Shown here in pieces: positions 51,945 to 64,000 of a DNA stretch of 64,000 nt (positions within the stretch are counted from its first letter, which is position 1; each line of letters starts with the position of its first letter). Where the stretch lies: assembly GCA_949358305.1 (NCBI GenBank), contig OX442314.1:33356001-33420000 (forward strand). Direction: 5' to 3'. The position numbers and the translations under genes are program-made. Source of the DNA: Strigamia acuminata (taxonomy: Eukaryota). Under the pieces are notes generated by a model. That model had not been told where the DNA came from, searched no databases, and saw only the letters and a list, made by a program, of their open reading frames with translations.

Positions 51945-54900
51945 CCCAAGCGTTGAAAAAGGACAAAACTCGTATTCGATTCGAAAGCGAATCGAATACG
52001 ATTTTTGTCCTTTTTCAACGCAAAATTGTATTCGATTCGCTTTCGAATCGAATACGAGTTTTGCCCTTCTTCAACGCGAAATCGTATTCGACTCGTTTTC
52101 GAGTCGAATGCGAATTTTGCCCTTCTTCAACGCGAAATCGTATTCGACTCGCTTTCGAATCGAATACGAGTTTTGCCCTTCTTCAACGCGAAATCGTATT
52201 CGACTCGTTTTCGAGTCGAGTACGAATTTTGCCCTTCTTCAACGCGAAATCGTATTCGATTCGCTTTCGAATCGTATACGAGATGGTCGATTTTTGTTTC
52301 CCGGACTTTGATTCGTATTCGAGTTGTTACGAGTTCGTATTTTGATCGTATTCGTATTCGAATCGAATTCGAATCGTATTCGAATCGAATACGAATCGAA
52401 TTCGAGTCGTATTCGAGATGGTCGATGATTTCCACTCGCTCGTATACGCGTTGTATACGAGCTCGTATTTTGATCGTAATCGTAAACGAATCGTTTACAA
52501 GTCGTATACAAGTTGTATACGACGTGTATACACCTCGTATACGAACGAAGTTTGTGAAAACACAATTTCCAAATAAGACGTATGTGACTACTATGTGTTT
52601 TCATGTCGTAGTAAGTATCCGGTGGATTTTCCAAACTTCGTTCGTATACGAGGTGTATACACGTCGTATACAACTTGTATACGACTTGTAAACGATTCGT
52701 TTACGATTACGATCAAAATACGAGCTCGTATACAACGCGTATACGAGCGAGTGGAAATCATCGACCATCTCGAATGCGACTCGAATTCGATTAGTATTCG
52801 ATTCGAATACGATTCGAATTCGATTCGAATACGAATACGATCAAAATACGAACTCGTAACAACTCGAATACGAGATAGTCGATGACCCGTTCCCGGACTT
52901 TGACTCGTACGACTCGTATTCGAGATGTATTCGAGATGTATTCGAATCGTATTCGAGTCGCATTCGAGATGGTCGATGATTTCCACTCGCTCGTATACGC
53001 GTTGTATACGAGCTCGTATTTTGATCGTAATCGTAAACGAATCGTTTACAAGTCGTATACAAGTCGTATACGACGTGTATACACCTCGTATACGAACGAA
53101 GTTTGGAAAATCCACCGGACACTTACTACGACATGAAAACACATAGTAGTCACATACGTCTTATTTGGAAATTGTGTTTTCACAAACTTCGTTCGTATAC
53201 GAGGTGTATACACGTCGTATACGACTTGTATACGACTTGTAAACGATTCGTTTACGATTACGATCAAAATACGAGCTCGTATACAACGCGTATACGAGCG
53301 AGTGGAAATCATCGACCATCTCGAATACGACTCGAATTCGATTAGTATTCGATTCGAATACGATTCGAATTCGATTCGAATACGAATACGATCAAAATAC
53401 GAACTCGTAACAACTCGAATACGAGATAGTCGATGACCCGTTCCCGGACTTTGACTCGTACGACTCGTATTCGAGATGTATTCGAGATGTATTCGAATCG
53501 TATTCGAGTCGCATTCGAGATGGTCGATGATTTCCACTCGCTCGTATACGCGTTGTATACGAGCTCGTATTTTGATCGTAATCGTAAACGAATCGTTTAC
53601 AAGTCGTATACAAGTCGTATACGACGTGTATACACCTCGTATACGAACGAAGTTTGGAAAATCCACCGGACACTTACTACGACATGAAAACACATAGTAG
53701 TCACATACGTCTTATTTGGAAATTGTGTTTTCACAAACTTCGTTCGTATACGAGGTGTATACACGTCGTATACGACTTGTATACGACTTGTAAACGATTC
53801 GTTTACGATTACGATCAAAATACGAGCTCGTATACAACGCGTATACGAGCGAGTGGAAATCATCGACCATCTCGAATACGACTCGAATTCGATTAGTATT
53901 CGATTCGAATACGATTCGAATTCGATTCGAATACGAATACGATCAAAATACGAACTCGTAACAACTCGAATACGAGATAGTCGATGACCCGTTCCCGGAC
54001 TTTGACTCGTACGACTCGTATTCGAGATGTATTCGAGATGTATTCGAATCGTATTCGAGTCGCATTCGAGATGGTCGATGATTTCCACTCGCTCGTATAC
54101 GCGTTGTATACGAGCTCGTATTTTGATCGTAATCGTAAACGAATCGTTTACAAGTCGTATACAAGTCGTATACGACGTGTATACACCTCGTATACGAACG
54201 AAGTTTGGAAAATCCACCGGACACTTACTACGACATGAAAACACATAGTAGTCACATACGTCTTATTTGGAAATTGTGTTTTCACAAACTTCGTTCGTAT
54301 ACGAGGTGTATACACGTCGTATACGACTTGTATACGACTTGTAAACGATTCGTTTACGATTACGATCAAAATACGAGCTCGTATACAACGCGTATACGAG
54401 CGAGTGGAAATCATCGACCATCTCGAATACGACTCGAATTCGATTCGTATTCGATTCGAATACGATTCGAATTCGATTCGAATACGAATACGATCAAAAT
54501 ACGAACTCGTAACAACTCGAATACAAATCAAAGTCCGGGAAACAAAAATCGACCATCTCGTATACGATTCGAAAGCGAATCGAATACGATTTCGCGTTGA
54601 AGAAGGGCAAAATTCGCATTCGACTCGAAAACGAGTCGAATACGAATTCGCATTCGACTCGAAAACGAGTCGAATACGATTTCGCGTTGAAGAAGGGCAA
54701 AATTCGCATTCGACTCGAAAACGAGTCGAATACGATTTCGCGTTGAAGAAGGGCAAAACTCGCATTCGACTCGAAAACGAGTCGAATACGATTTCGCGTT
54801 GAGAAAGGGCAAAATTCGCATTCGACTCGAAAACGAGTCGAATACGATTTCGCGTTGAAGAAGGGCAAAACTCGCATTCGACTCGAAAACGAGTCGAATA

Positions 54901-55438
54901 CGATTTCGCATTCGACTCGAAAACGAGTCGAATACGATTTCGCGTCGAAGAAGGGCAAAATTCGCATTCGACTCGAAAACGAGTCGAATACGATTTCGCG
55001 TTGAAGAAGGGCAAAACTCGCATTCGACTCGAAAACGAGTCGAATACGATTTCGCGTTGAGAAAGGGCAAAATTCGCATTCGACTCGAAAACGAGTCGAA
55101 TACGATTTCGCGTTGAGAAAGGGCAAAATTCGCATTCGACTCGAAAACGAGTCGAATACGATTTCGCGTTGAAGAAGGGCAAAACTCGCATTCGACTCGA
55201 AAACGAGTCGAATACGATTTCGCGTTGAGAAAGGGCAAAATTCGCATTCGACTCGAAAACGAGTCGAATACGATTTCGCGTTGAAGAAGGGCAAAACTCG
55301 CATTCGACTCGAAAACGAGTCGAATACGATTTCGCATTCGACTCGAAAACGAGTCGAATACGATTTCGCGTCAAAGAAGGGCAAAATTTGCATTCGACTC
55401 GAAAACGAGTCGAATACGAGATCATTTTTTGATCTGGG
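51945..55438. repeat. Nested palindromic foldback array, copy 2
   Basis: As copy 1, with three extra 56-bp units and one inverted internal segment. Confidence 0.92.
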
Positions 55439-55783
55439 TCGTGAATGCGTCCGTATGTCACGCGAACGCGTGTTGGAGTCGATTCCGAGTTCGTATTCCA
55501 TCTTGAACGCGCATTGGAGACGTAAACCAGTTTATTTTACCCACTCTCGCTCGATCCCGCTTCATCGCTCCTTGTCGCTCCTGTGAAAAAAAATACATGA
55601 GAATGTGCAGAAATGAACCTTCCAATACTCACATGAAAATTGACAACCTTGACACAAAACAGTCTATTGACACTCCCAACACCACCCCGGACGTTTTCCG
55701 GAAGAGTTTGGTCCACCCGGAATCCCCAGAATAGTCGCCCCCGAAATGCGGATTTCACGGAAGCCAATCCGCGAAAAGGTTAA

Positions 55784-57198
55784 TCGGTCGCGTGCTGTGG
55801 TTGTTACACGGGCACCCGCTTGCGAGCCATGCGGGAGTAAGCAGAACACTCTATCGTGCTACACAGCTTTTTCACTGGACAGGGATGAAAAAAGATATTG
55901 CTCTTTTTGTCCACCAATGTCAGCGATGTCAAGCGTGCAAGCCGAGGAGTAAATCACCATTCGAAACTATTTTCTTAGGGCCTTACGTGCCTTTTGATTG
56001 TTTAAGTGTCGATGTGATGGGCCCAAAACCCGTTACGGGAAATAAAAATGCGTACATTATCGTTATAATGGACGTGGCGACTCGTTGGCCCGAGTTGTAC
56101 GCCGTCGCTAGACCTTCAGCAGAAAAAATCGTTGAATGTATCTACGACGTAGCGTTACGTTACGGATTTCCACGTAAAATGATATCCGACAACGGACCCC
56201 AATTTATCTCGAAAATTTGGGGTAAGTTTTGTGAGAAATTCGGGATTGTGGCGTCACATACTTCGACCTACAATCCCAGAACAAATCCCGTTGAGCGACT
56301 CAACAGGGACATTAAATATGCACTAAGTATATTCACTGACATCCACAATAGGTGGGATGAATACTTGAGGGAGATCGCGTTCAGCATACGAACAACAGTC
56401 TCGAGGACGAGAGATTTTTCTCCGGCCTACCTCAACTTCGCCCGGGAGCTACGAGTGCCTTGGGACCCACGAGTGGCAGAGTCAGTAAATGTGGTGGACC
56501 CCGAGAAACCACATGAGTACGTGTATAAATTGGAGCAAACCATCTCCAACACGTACAAGCACATGATGGCGCACATTTTTAACATGCGCGACCGCATTTT
56601 ACAAGATAAAAGCGGTGGAAAATTCGTGAATTTCGAGATTAATGATTTAGTGTGGAAGGACACACACATCCTCTCAAATGCAGCGAGAGGAATCACCGCC
56701 AGCTTGGCCGACAAAAGAGACGGTCCGTATGTGATCATCGGCAAGCATGGCGGTAACGCGTATAAATTACGTAAGCTCGAGGACAATACCGAGCACAAAT
56801 CGATCCAGGTACGAGAGTTAACTCCGTACATTCCGGAATTCCCGCAAGAAATGTGGGCCAAGGGCCAAGTCAAGTCAAAAACTGACGGCCAAATCGTCGA
56901 TATGTTCGCTGGCGAGTCGGAAAAAGCACCGCCAAGTGACAACGAGGAGTATTTCGACGCCCCTTCACCACCGGTAAACGAGATAGTTGAATCCGTTCCG
57001 GATCCAATTTTGGTCGGGGGGGAAACAGGAGAAACTCCTGAAACAAACACAAAAAACACGGATAAAAAAGAAAACAATAATGAGGAGGTACAGACACAAA
57101 AAACAACAAAAAATATCGTACCTGTCTCGACTCATCACCTGCGGCCCCGTGGAAGTAATCCGTTTATAAAAGACGGAAAGGTCGTAGGAAAGGAGTAG
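55784..57198 (+). CDS. pol: Pol 3' part: integrase
   Basis: HHCC (HGHPLASH...CQRC), VDVMGP, SDNGPQF, NPVERLN and GPY; in frame with the 5' part after removing the insert (VIPASL|IGRVLWLLH). Confidence 0.96.
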
Positions 57199-57678
57199 AA
57201 AACGTTACGAGTCGATGGCGACGCTGAAAAACAAAAAAATTGACCGATCGACAGCGCTAGCCATCAAAATCCGAGACTCTGAAAATTTCGCTAAGTCCAA
57301 CAAAGCGGATATCGGTCGAATTCGCGTCACGAGATGGCGTGGAAACGCGGGACCCGTAGCAAAATTATCGGCACGGGTCGGATACCGCGTGCAAAAGACC
57401 CCGTAGCAGCGATCGCGCACGGGCGTAGAAACAAAGGAGCCCCGTAGCGTAACATGCGCACGGGCTGTTGCGCACAGTCATAAGCACCTGGTTCTGGAGT
57501 AAAATTACCCAGAACCCACCACGATTGCCTCGTTTTCACCCGGACTTCCGCTAAAATCAGCTGATCGTCGTCCGCACGTGATACACAGCGAGTGCATTTT
57601 TAACCAAGTTTTTGATCCATTTTACGAGAAGTTTTCAAGTTTTTTAATCGTGGTCTGACTGAACGCGCAATCCTCACG

Positions 57679-60600
57679 ATGGATGAGGAAGGAGGGGACG
57701 AGGAAATGCTTGAAATACAGCATCATGACGAGAATTGGGACCCGGACATAAACGTAGTTCCACCCGATCAGGTAGTAGTCGGCATCGCCGCACGAGATTT
57801 AGCTCCGTGCGGTCGAATTAAAGATACACTTGACTAATACTTGACATGAACGCTCTGCGTTCGAAATAGTGTATAATTATTATACTAATATCCACGATCG
57901 CGAGAGCGATTGTATTTTCTCCTATTATTTGTCTTCAAGGACGCGATAGCAGACAAACTGTCGCCTCGCTCCTTGAAGATGACTCACGACAATTGACACG
58001 AACGAGACAAAGGAAACGAGCTTTCTTTTTATATTCCAGAAATGGGAATAATTTATTGGATGGATTTTGAAAGAATTTATAGAACGTTGTTTCTATTTTT
58101 ATTTGCTATTTTATTTGCGAATTTTTTCCCGATGACACTAATTTATTATAGATTCGTTTTTTAACTCGACTTTAACTCCGAATTTTTGGAGTTATTATTA
58201 GACAAATTTATTTCTTTACAAGTTAATTCACGACAAGAACATTTGTTTACATGTTCTAAAATTGTTATTGGAGATTTTCACGAACGATTTCGCGAATTTA
58301 TTGGTTTAAATACAAATTTACAGTTTAATTTTAAATTAAGCAATCCGAAGAAAAATTTCCGGATTAATACGCTCGATTCCGTCTCGTGGTTATCATTGGA
58401 CGTGAACCAGATGTGCCAAGAAGACTCTTTTCTTCCTGACAAGGACGAATCAATGAACAGGAATAGGACTCGACGAGCGGTCGCACGTTTCAGCGACGTT
58501 CCTCGAGCCCACCCCCTATTTATCTCCGTGTTATTGGCGATTTCATTAATTATTTTGTTTCCATCATTGCAGATGGAGCTCCGAGACACATGGGGAGCGC
58601 TCAGCCCCGCATGCATAGTGCGAGCGGGCATATATCGAGGCGTACTGCCCGATTTTCTGCGCCGCTGCTTTGGCGAAGATGCGAAGCCATACCGCCTGCG
58701 CGTATTATTTTCGCGCGCCCTCGCCAAGCGTTGGGTTAACGATTGTACACTCCTGGACGCGTTCCCGGAGTCGGTGCGAAACGTCGTCGCTGCAGAGCTC
58801 GCTCGCATCGATGACCCGAAGTCACCAATCTTCCACCCGGCCCTGTCGAGCCAATACTCCGGCAGGCCGGCGGAGGAGCATGTGTTGTTCGCGTGGCAAG
58901 CGGCCGAGACCGAGGAGGCCCGCGAAGAAGTGTATCAACACTACCGCCAGCAGCTAATCGACACTGCGCCGGCGGTTGCAGAGCGGATTTTGCAAGACGA
59001 CGGAATGAGCACCGCCGATATACATCTGTGGTGCGAGCAGACTCGGCAGGGAGAAGTTACGCCACAGTGGCGACCGAGAATGGGGATTCTCACGTCACAA
59101 GCTGAAATGTGGCAACTCCACTATTTGGGAATTCTCGGCCCCAAATATAATTTCCCAAGGAAGCGCAAGCGCTCCAAGGGAACCGGGGGCAGCGAATCGC
59201 GCTCCCCGGGACGGTCGAAGAAACAGTGCGTCGAACAGCACTCGACCGTCAACGATGGAGCGGGAACGTCAGCGCAGCCACCGCGCGACCCCGCGAATTA
59301 CACCAGACCAAGGGTGTTCGTCAACCGTCAGATGAAAGACGGTAAAGAGACTCGAGAAGTCTGGATTTCGGGTGACGAAGAGCGAGTCTCTCGTCCCCGT
59401 GTCGGCAGACATCCGCTAACTCATCGTGAGCAGCGGAAACGAGACCGCAAAGAGCGGTATTTCGCTCGCTGCGAGGCGCGAGGAATTCCCCTTCCCGAAC
59501 ACGCTCTCAAAGCAATCGAAGCGAAGGAAGCGAGAGAGGCACGATCGAAGTCGAGTGGCCGATCTTCCGGGGAGCGTCGCGTCCTAGCGCCAGACACGCG
59601 GGACCTTCGCGAGATCATCACTCAGATGAAACGCAAGAAATTGTCGCGTTTCGACCCCGCGATGCAGTTCGCTCGCAAGATGGGCGTCGTCGAGCATGGT
59701 ACCGTGATTCCACACGAAGTGGCACGGTGGTTAAGCGAATATGTCAATTCGCGACCGCGTGTAGAAAACGCGCCTACGGCCGTCGTTCCACCGACGAGTA
59801 CTGTAAGCCAGCTCCCGGCACTCCAAGTCACGCCGACTGGAGTGCAAGCGACGCTGCCACCGCCAACACAACAGTCTTTGACGTTGCTGTTGCCGACGCA
59901 GTCATCAACGTCGCAACCGTTGCCAGCACAGCAGTCCCTGACGCTGCCGCCGCCGACACAGCCGCTGCCGCCGCCGACGCAGCCCCCGCCGCCGCCGCCG
60001 CCGATGCCGGGTTCGAGCACTACGCCGAACTTGGCCGTCGACGACTCGGTGATGTTGCCCGTTCACCAGAGCATTGCGCGGGAATGCCATAACGCCCGAT
60101 TCGGAGAATATTACCCGAGCAAGGCAAGACACGACCGCACCGCGATGTGGTATGAACAGCGTGACGAAAACGCACGGCTGGCTCGAGAAGCAGCCAATCC
60201 ATCGATCGAAGAGCTCTTGGCCTTCGCATTTGTGATGGAGGACCCGAGGGCCGCCGCCGCTGCTCTGCAGGGCGCCGACGTCACTCAGCGCCATTTCATC
60301 GAGTGGGGGATTTCGATGATGCGGCACCACTCGCGCGCGTTCGCTGCAGATCCTGATCGCAGCAACCCTGTAAATCGGCGCAGTCTACAGCTGGCTTTGA
60401 CGAAAATCATGGTCCAGTTATTGACCCCCTCGCTCTTTGGGGTCGGACGACAGGCGATGGCCTGTTGGTCCGTAGTAGACAGAGAGGGTGTGCAGATACC
60501 TCGCGCACTCGTTGGAGAATGGAGCGCCATTCTCCCCAACCCGGCGATGACTCGCTTCGAGCTGACCCGGGACGTGGTGAACCCCGAATGGGAGGGGTAT

Positions 60601-61440
60601 AAGTTGCGGAGCATGGCCTTCCGCCACGCCGTTACCACGTGGGAGCCAACACCGTCAGCGCAGTCACACGCAATGATGGTCACGAGTGAAGAGCCGATGG
60701 AGAGCGACGCCGCCTCTTCGACTGCTTCACGTGGAGCCCCAACTCCACCTCCGCCGCCGCCACCGATGCCACCAGCGGCGACGCCACAGACACCCGTCCT
60801 ATCAAATGCGGCGGGTAAGCCTAGACGCCTGCTATGCCGGACGCCGCCAACGATGTCCGCCGCTCGCCAGAGCCTGACGCCTCCCGCAGCCCAAGAAGCG
60901 CAGGAAGAGACTGTCCAGCAGGCAGTGGTTTCGAAGAGCGCCAAGCCAGCGAAAGCGGCGAAGCCTCCGACAAACTACTATGAGAAGTTGTGTGACGAGT
61001 TCTCTCAGCTGTCGATGACGACGGCGACGCGCAAATTCATCCTCGCGCAGAGAGACAAGGGGAAATCGGTATTCGTTTGGCTACACAACCAGGTGCGCCA
61101 GACCACCGATTTGATCCTCCATCAGCGTTTGCTGAGGGCCCACCGTGCGCCTCGAACGGCCGCGGAGGCGAACGCGATCCGGCACACCAATTCCGGGTTT
61201 TCGGCGTTCATTCCGCGGGTTTGGCTGCATGAGAGGAGACGTGCCCCGTACGAGCCAGCCGGCGGCCACGCATTGTGCTTCATTTCCGAGCACGAGGACC
61301 CCCGCGACCAGTCTTCAGCCTTGGTTGGAGATCTGGTTTTGCCGCCCGGCGTTGTGCCGCCCGGCGCTGAGCCGCCCGTCCCTGGAGTGAGTTTCGCCCA
61401 GGCGATGGATCCAGCGTCGGGTCCCAGCAAGAAGGATTGA
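57679..61440 (+). CDS. Third ORF of the gypsy element, unknown Pro-rich protein; main exon 58573-61440, candidate first exon 57679-57771
   Basis: ~955 open GC-rich codons ending ~40 bp before the 3' LTR; NLS-like PRKRKRSK; CAG|GTAG donor and pyrimidine-rich TTGCAG acceptor in phase 0. Confidence 0.75.
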
Positions 61441-61467
61441 TCGCTCCGAACACCGGCGGTCAGAGCT

Positions 61468-61479
61468 GGGAGGGGGACG
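61468..61479 (+). promoter_or_regulatory. Polypurine tract
   Basis: GGGAGGGGGACG before the TG of the 3' LTR. Confidence 0.85.
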
Positions 61480-62475
61480 TGTGGTGACCCGACTGGGGTG
61501 GGGCACGAAGAGTTTCTCTCGTGGCCTACATACGGGTAAAGAAGGGGAGTCGCACGCGCGCCTCCCTTCCCTCAGAGCATTGACATCCAGTCAATGGACG
61601 GGCGTCTGCCCTGGGGGAGTGGGGGAGATTCGTCTTCTCCACTATTGGGTGGCTTTAGTCACCTGTCACCCCCCGCTTTGTGCAAAGGAATTCGCCTTGC
61701 ACTGAGCGGGCAGAACCAACACAAAAATCAACCAAGATACACGTAAAAGCCAAACGTCCTAAAACGATCAAGCCTAAGTACAAAGACTTCAGGAGTGACC
61801 TAGGACAAGGGACTTTCAACGTGAGGACGATTGATTTGTGTTAACCTCCGCAGAGTAACCTGCGAAACAAGATTACCACACTATTTTAGCAAGCCAGCTA
61901 GAAATAGTAAACCTACTCCAATTTAGCGAGTTGTGCAGACAAACGGTCGCACAAGCCTAAATTGCAGTAACCACGACGAGCGTTCCCGCCGCTGTGTGTA
62001 TCGCCGGGAACCACCAAGCGTCCGCCGCTGTGTGATCGCCGGACACCTACAAAAAACCCTAAACCTAGACAACAGACCAGAAGTAAGACCTTTCAGGCAT
62101 TCACTCGCGCCCGACCAGCGTGAGCCCGAAGGACCGAACGAGAAACGTGAGACGAGGACGCCATTCATTGCCACGCCGGCCCAAGACGACACCACGTTGC
62201 CACGCGGACGCCATCTTGGATCCACAGCGACAAAGGACGACCTCGACCAGTTTCCCGCCAACTTCACACCCCTTTCCTTTTACCTTTTTATTCCCTTACA
62301 TATTTTATTCCCTTTTAACTGTATATTCCCGTATAATAAATACATTTATTATATTTACCTTTTACATTGTCTTGCCGTGTTACATTATTTGGGTAACCGC
62401 TTGAGTAAAGCGGTATTGCGAGATCAGAGAGTGACTCATACCACGTATCAGCGACAGACCGAGTTGAGCGCGACA
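61480..62475 (+). repeat. 3' LTR of element 2
   Basis: 996-bp direct repeat, followed by the AGGT TSD. Confidence 0.97.
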
Positions 62476-63190
62476 AGGTGTCACTTAATTTTGAGTGCAT
62501 TCTAAGAAGATGCAACTCAGCAATAATGGAAGTGTAGAACTAATTATCCATAATGCCATCAATTGATCAGCAAATTTTTTCAATTTTTTCACTTAATTTT
62601 CAATTTTATCACTTAAATTTTAATCTTTTCATTTGAATGTCGAGCTTTATTGCTGATTTTTAAAAATTTATAGAATTTTAATTTTTTTCATTATAACAAT
62701 TATAAAAAAAAATAATTACTTTATTTAAATATAATAAATAATGTATAATATTGCGGATCCCTGTCCATTTGCTCATCTTTTGTTTCATTAGTCACTTCTC
62801 ACAGGATTTATCATTCATATTGGGTTTTATGACCCCCAAAGCACACTTGGCATACTCACAGGTGTTTATAAACATCCAGATGACTTTCTTAATTTAAAAC
62901 ATACCTGAGTTTGCATCGCACAAACGTTTTAAAAACTCCACTAATTCCCTCCATTGTGGAACAACCCTCCAATAATTTGTTCAATCAACATTTAACGTAA
63001 ATTAAAATATCAAAAACAAATTCTTTATTGCAAATTCAGAATTTTTAATCTCCACAAGCCACCATCTTCTGATCGGGTTTTGATTTTATATTTTTTACCA
63101 ATCCCTTATCCCGTTCATTATTTCCCTTTAATATCAAACATTTTTTTCTCCCACACACATACATAGATTTGAAAGTAAAAAAATCGCCTT

Positions 63191-64000
63191 TTATTCGTAC
63201 CAAGGAAACCAAAAAAACGTAAGAATCGCGATCACACTGAACACCAGGATTGTTTTCAATATTTTCGCTTTCCGTTCGCCCGCTCTGTTCATCAGCAACT
63301 CCTCCCCCGTCTGCGTCGCCGGCCACGGAGTCGCCGGCCGCTGATTGCCGAGTCTCACCGCCGGCGCGGACGTCGATCTCTTCCCTCTAGCTTCGTACTC
63401 CCTCGAACGGCTGTAACAACCTAAAATCCCAAAAATCAGCGATAAAAAACCGTCGAAACACACCAAAAACCATACTTTTCATTTCCCCATTTTTTCTCTC
63501 CTGCGATCCGCCAAACAAGACGTCCACCTCGCTGTCCGAATCGTCGTAACACGACGAAAACTTATCCTCGTTTTCCGCATCGCCGCCGCTGCAACTCAGG
63601 CTGGAAAACCCATCGAGCGGAAGTATATCGAGCCCCTTTTCGTCGCTCGATCGATACAGAAACAAATCGTCGTCCCAACCAGCCAACAGCGGGTCCTCCA
63701 ACTCGTCAATGATATCCGTGTTGTCCAGACTGTCGAAGGCGACGCTCAACGACTGCGGCGAACCGTTAACGAGCGCCGTGCTGTTCGGATCGGTCAAACA
63801 AGGACTCACGCTACGGAACTCTTTTTTGTGAGCGTCGCAATCTTTATCTTCTTGCTCGCTCGCCTCGTCGCCGCACGGCTTGTCCTCGATGGGAGCGTGA
63901 AGGGAGTAACATTTGGCGACCGCGTCGAGCAGCGTATCGGATCGCGTCACGCCGGAGCGCAGTTTGTTTTGGATTTTCTGCAGTTTCGTGTCGCTGCTCG
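63191..64000 (-). CDS. 3' end of a probable host gene; acidic protein with C-terminal transmembrane helix (exons >64000-63476 and 63420-63191)
   Basis: 55-nt GT-AG intron 63475-63421 joins two ORFs in frame (GEMK-SCYSRS); ends ILVFSVIAILTFFWFPWYE*. Confidence 0.6.

Larger units (their letters stand above)
43054..55779. mobile_element. 12.7-kb non-autonomous piggyBac-type DNA element, copy 2
   Basis: Near-identical direct repeat of 30442-42999 (+168 bp); ends AAAAGG|TTAA (55780-55783). Confidence 0.75.
23618..62475 (+). mobile_element. Full-length Ty3/gypsy LTR retrotransposon (13,516 bp without the nested insertion)
   Basis: 996-bp TG...CA LTRs; TSD AGGT at 23614-23617 and 62476-62479; PBS, PPT; gag and pol in PR-RT-RH-IN order. 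Confidence 0.97.

Noticed and set aside
39295..55501. Many overlapping ORFs (up to 437 aa) in the foldback arrays
   Set aside because: Open on both strands because the repeats lack stop codons; translations are simply periodic
30442..55779. 12.6-kb duplication as an assembly artefact
   Set aside because: Unique spacer, exact element boundaries, SNP/indel differences, an inversion and different unit counts argue for a real dimer; reads are still needed
58186..58572. N-terminal extension of ORF3 from a TTG start, with a hydrophobic stretch suggesting env
   Set aside because: AT-rich and compositionally unlike the ORF; the hydrophobic stretch coincides with a polypyrimidine splice acceptor; no C-terminal TM

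Overview
Eukaryotic (invertebrate-animal-like; short 55-80 nt introns) transposon-dense window with no prokaryotic features. 1-13 kb holds decayed DNA-transposon and retroelement fragments (P-like, hAT, MULE-like, DIRS-type tyrosine recombinase, copia) around an intact 5-exon ARHGAP11-like RhoGAP gene whose arginine finger is replaced by Trp. 13.1-22.8 kb is an endogenised negative-strand RNA virus (Mononegavirales) L/RdRp gene, split between motifs A and B by a young non-autonomous LTR retrotransposon (629-bp LTRs, ATTA TSD). 23.6-62.5 kb is a very young Ty3/gypsy element (996-bp LTRs, AGGT TSD, tRNA-Pro PBS, -1 frameshift signal, large non-env third ORF). Its pol is cleanly interrupted at a TTAA by a 25.3-kb piggyBac-type insertion: a head-to-tail dimer of a 12.6-kb non-coding element joined by a 50-bp foreign spacer, each copy carrying a ~3.3-kb nested palindromic foldback array. 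The 3' end of a host gene lies at the right edge. All family assignments come from motif recognition by eye, not database searches.
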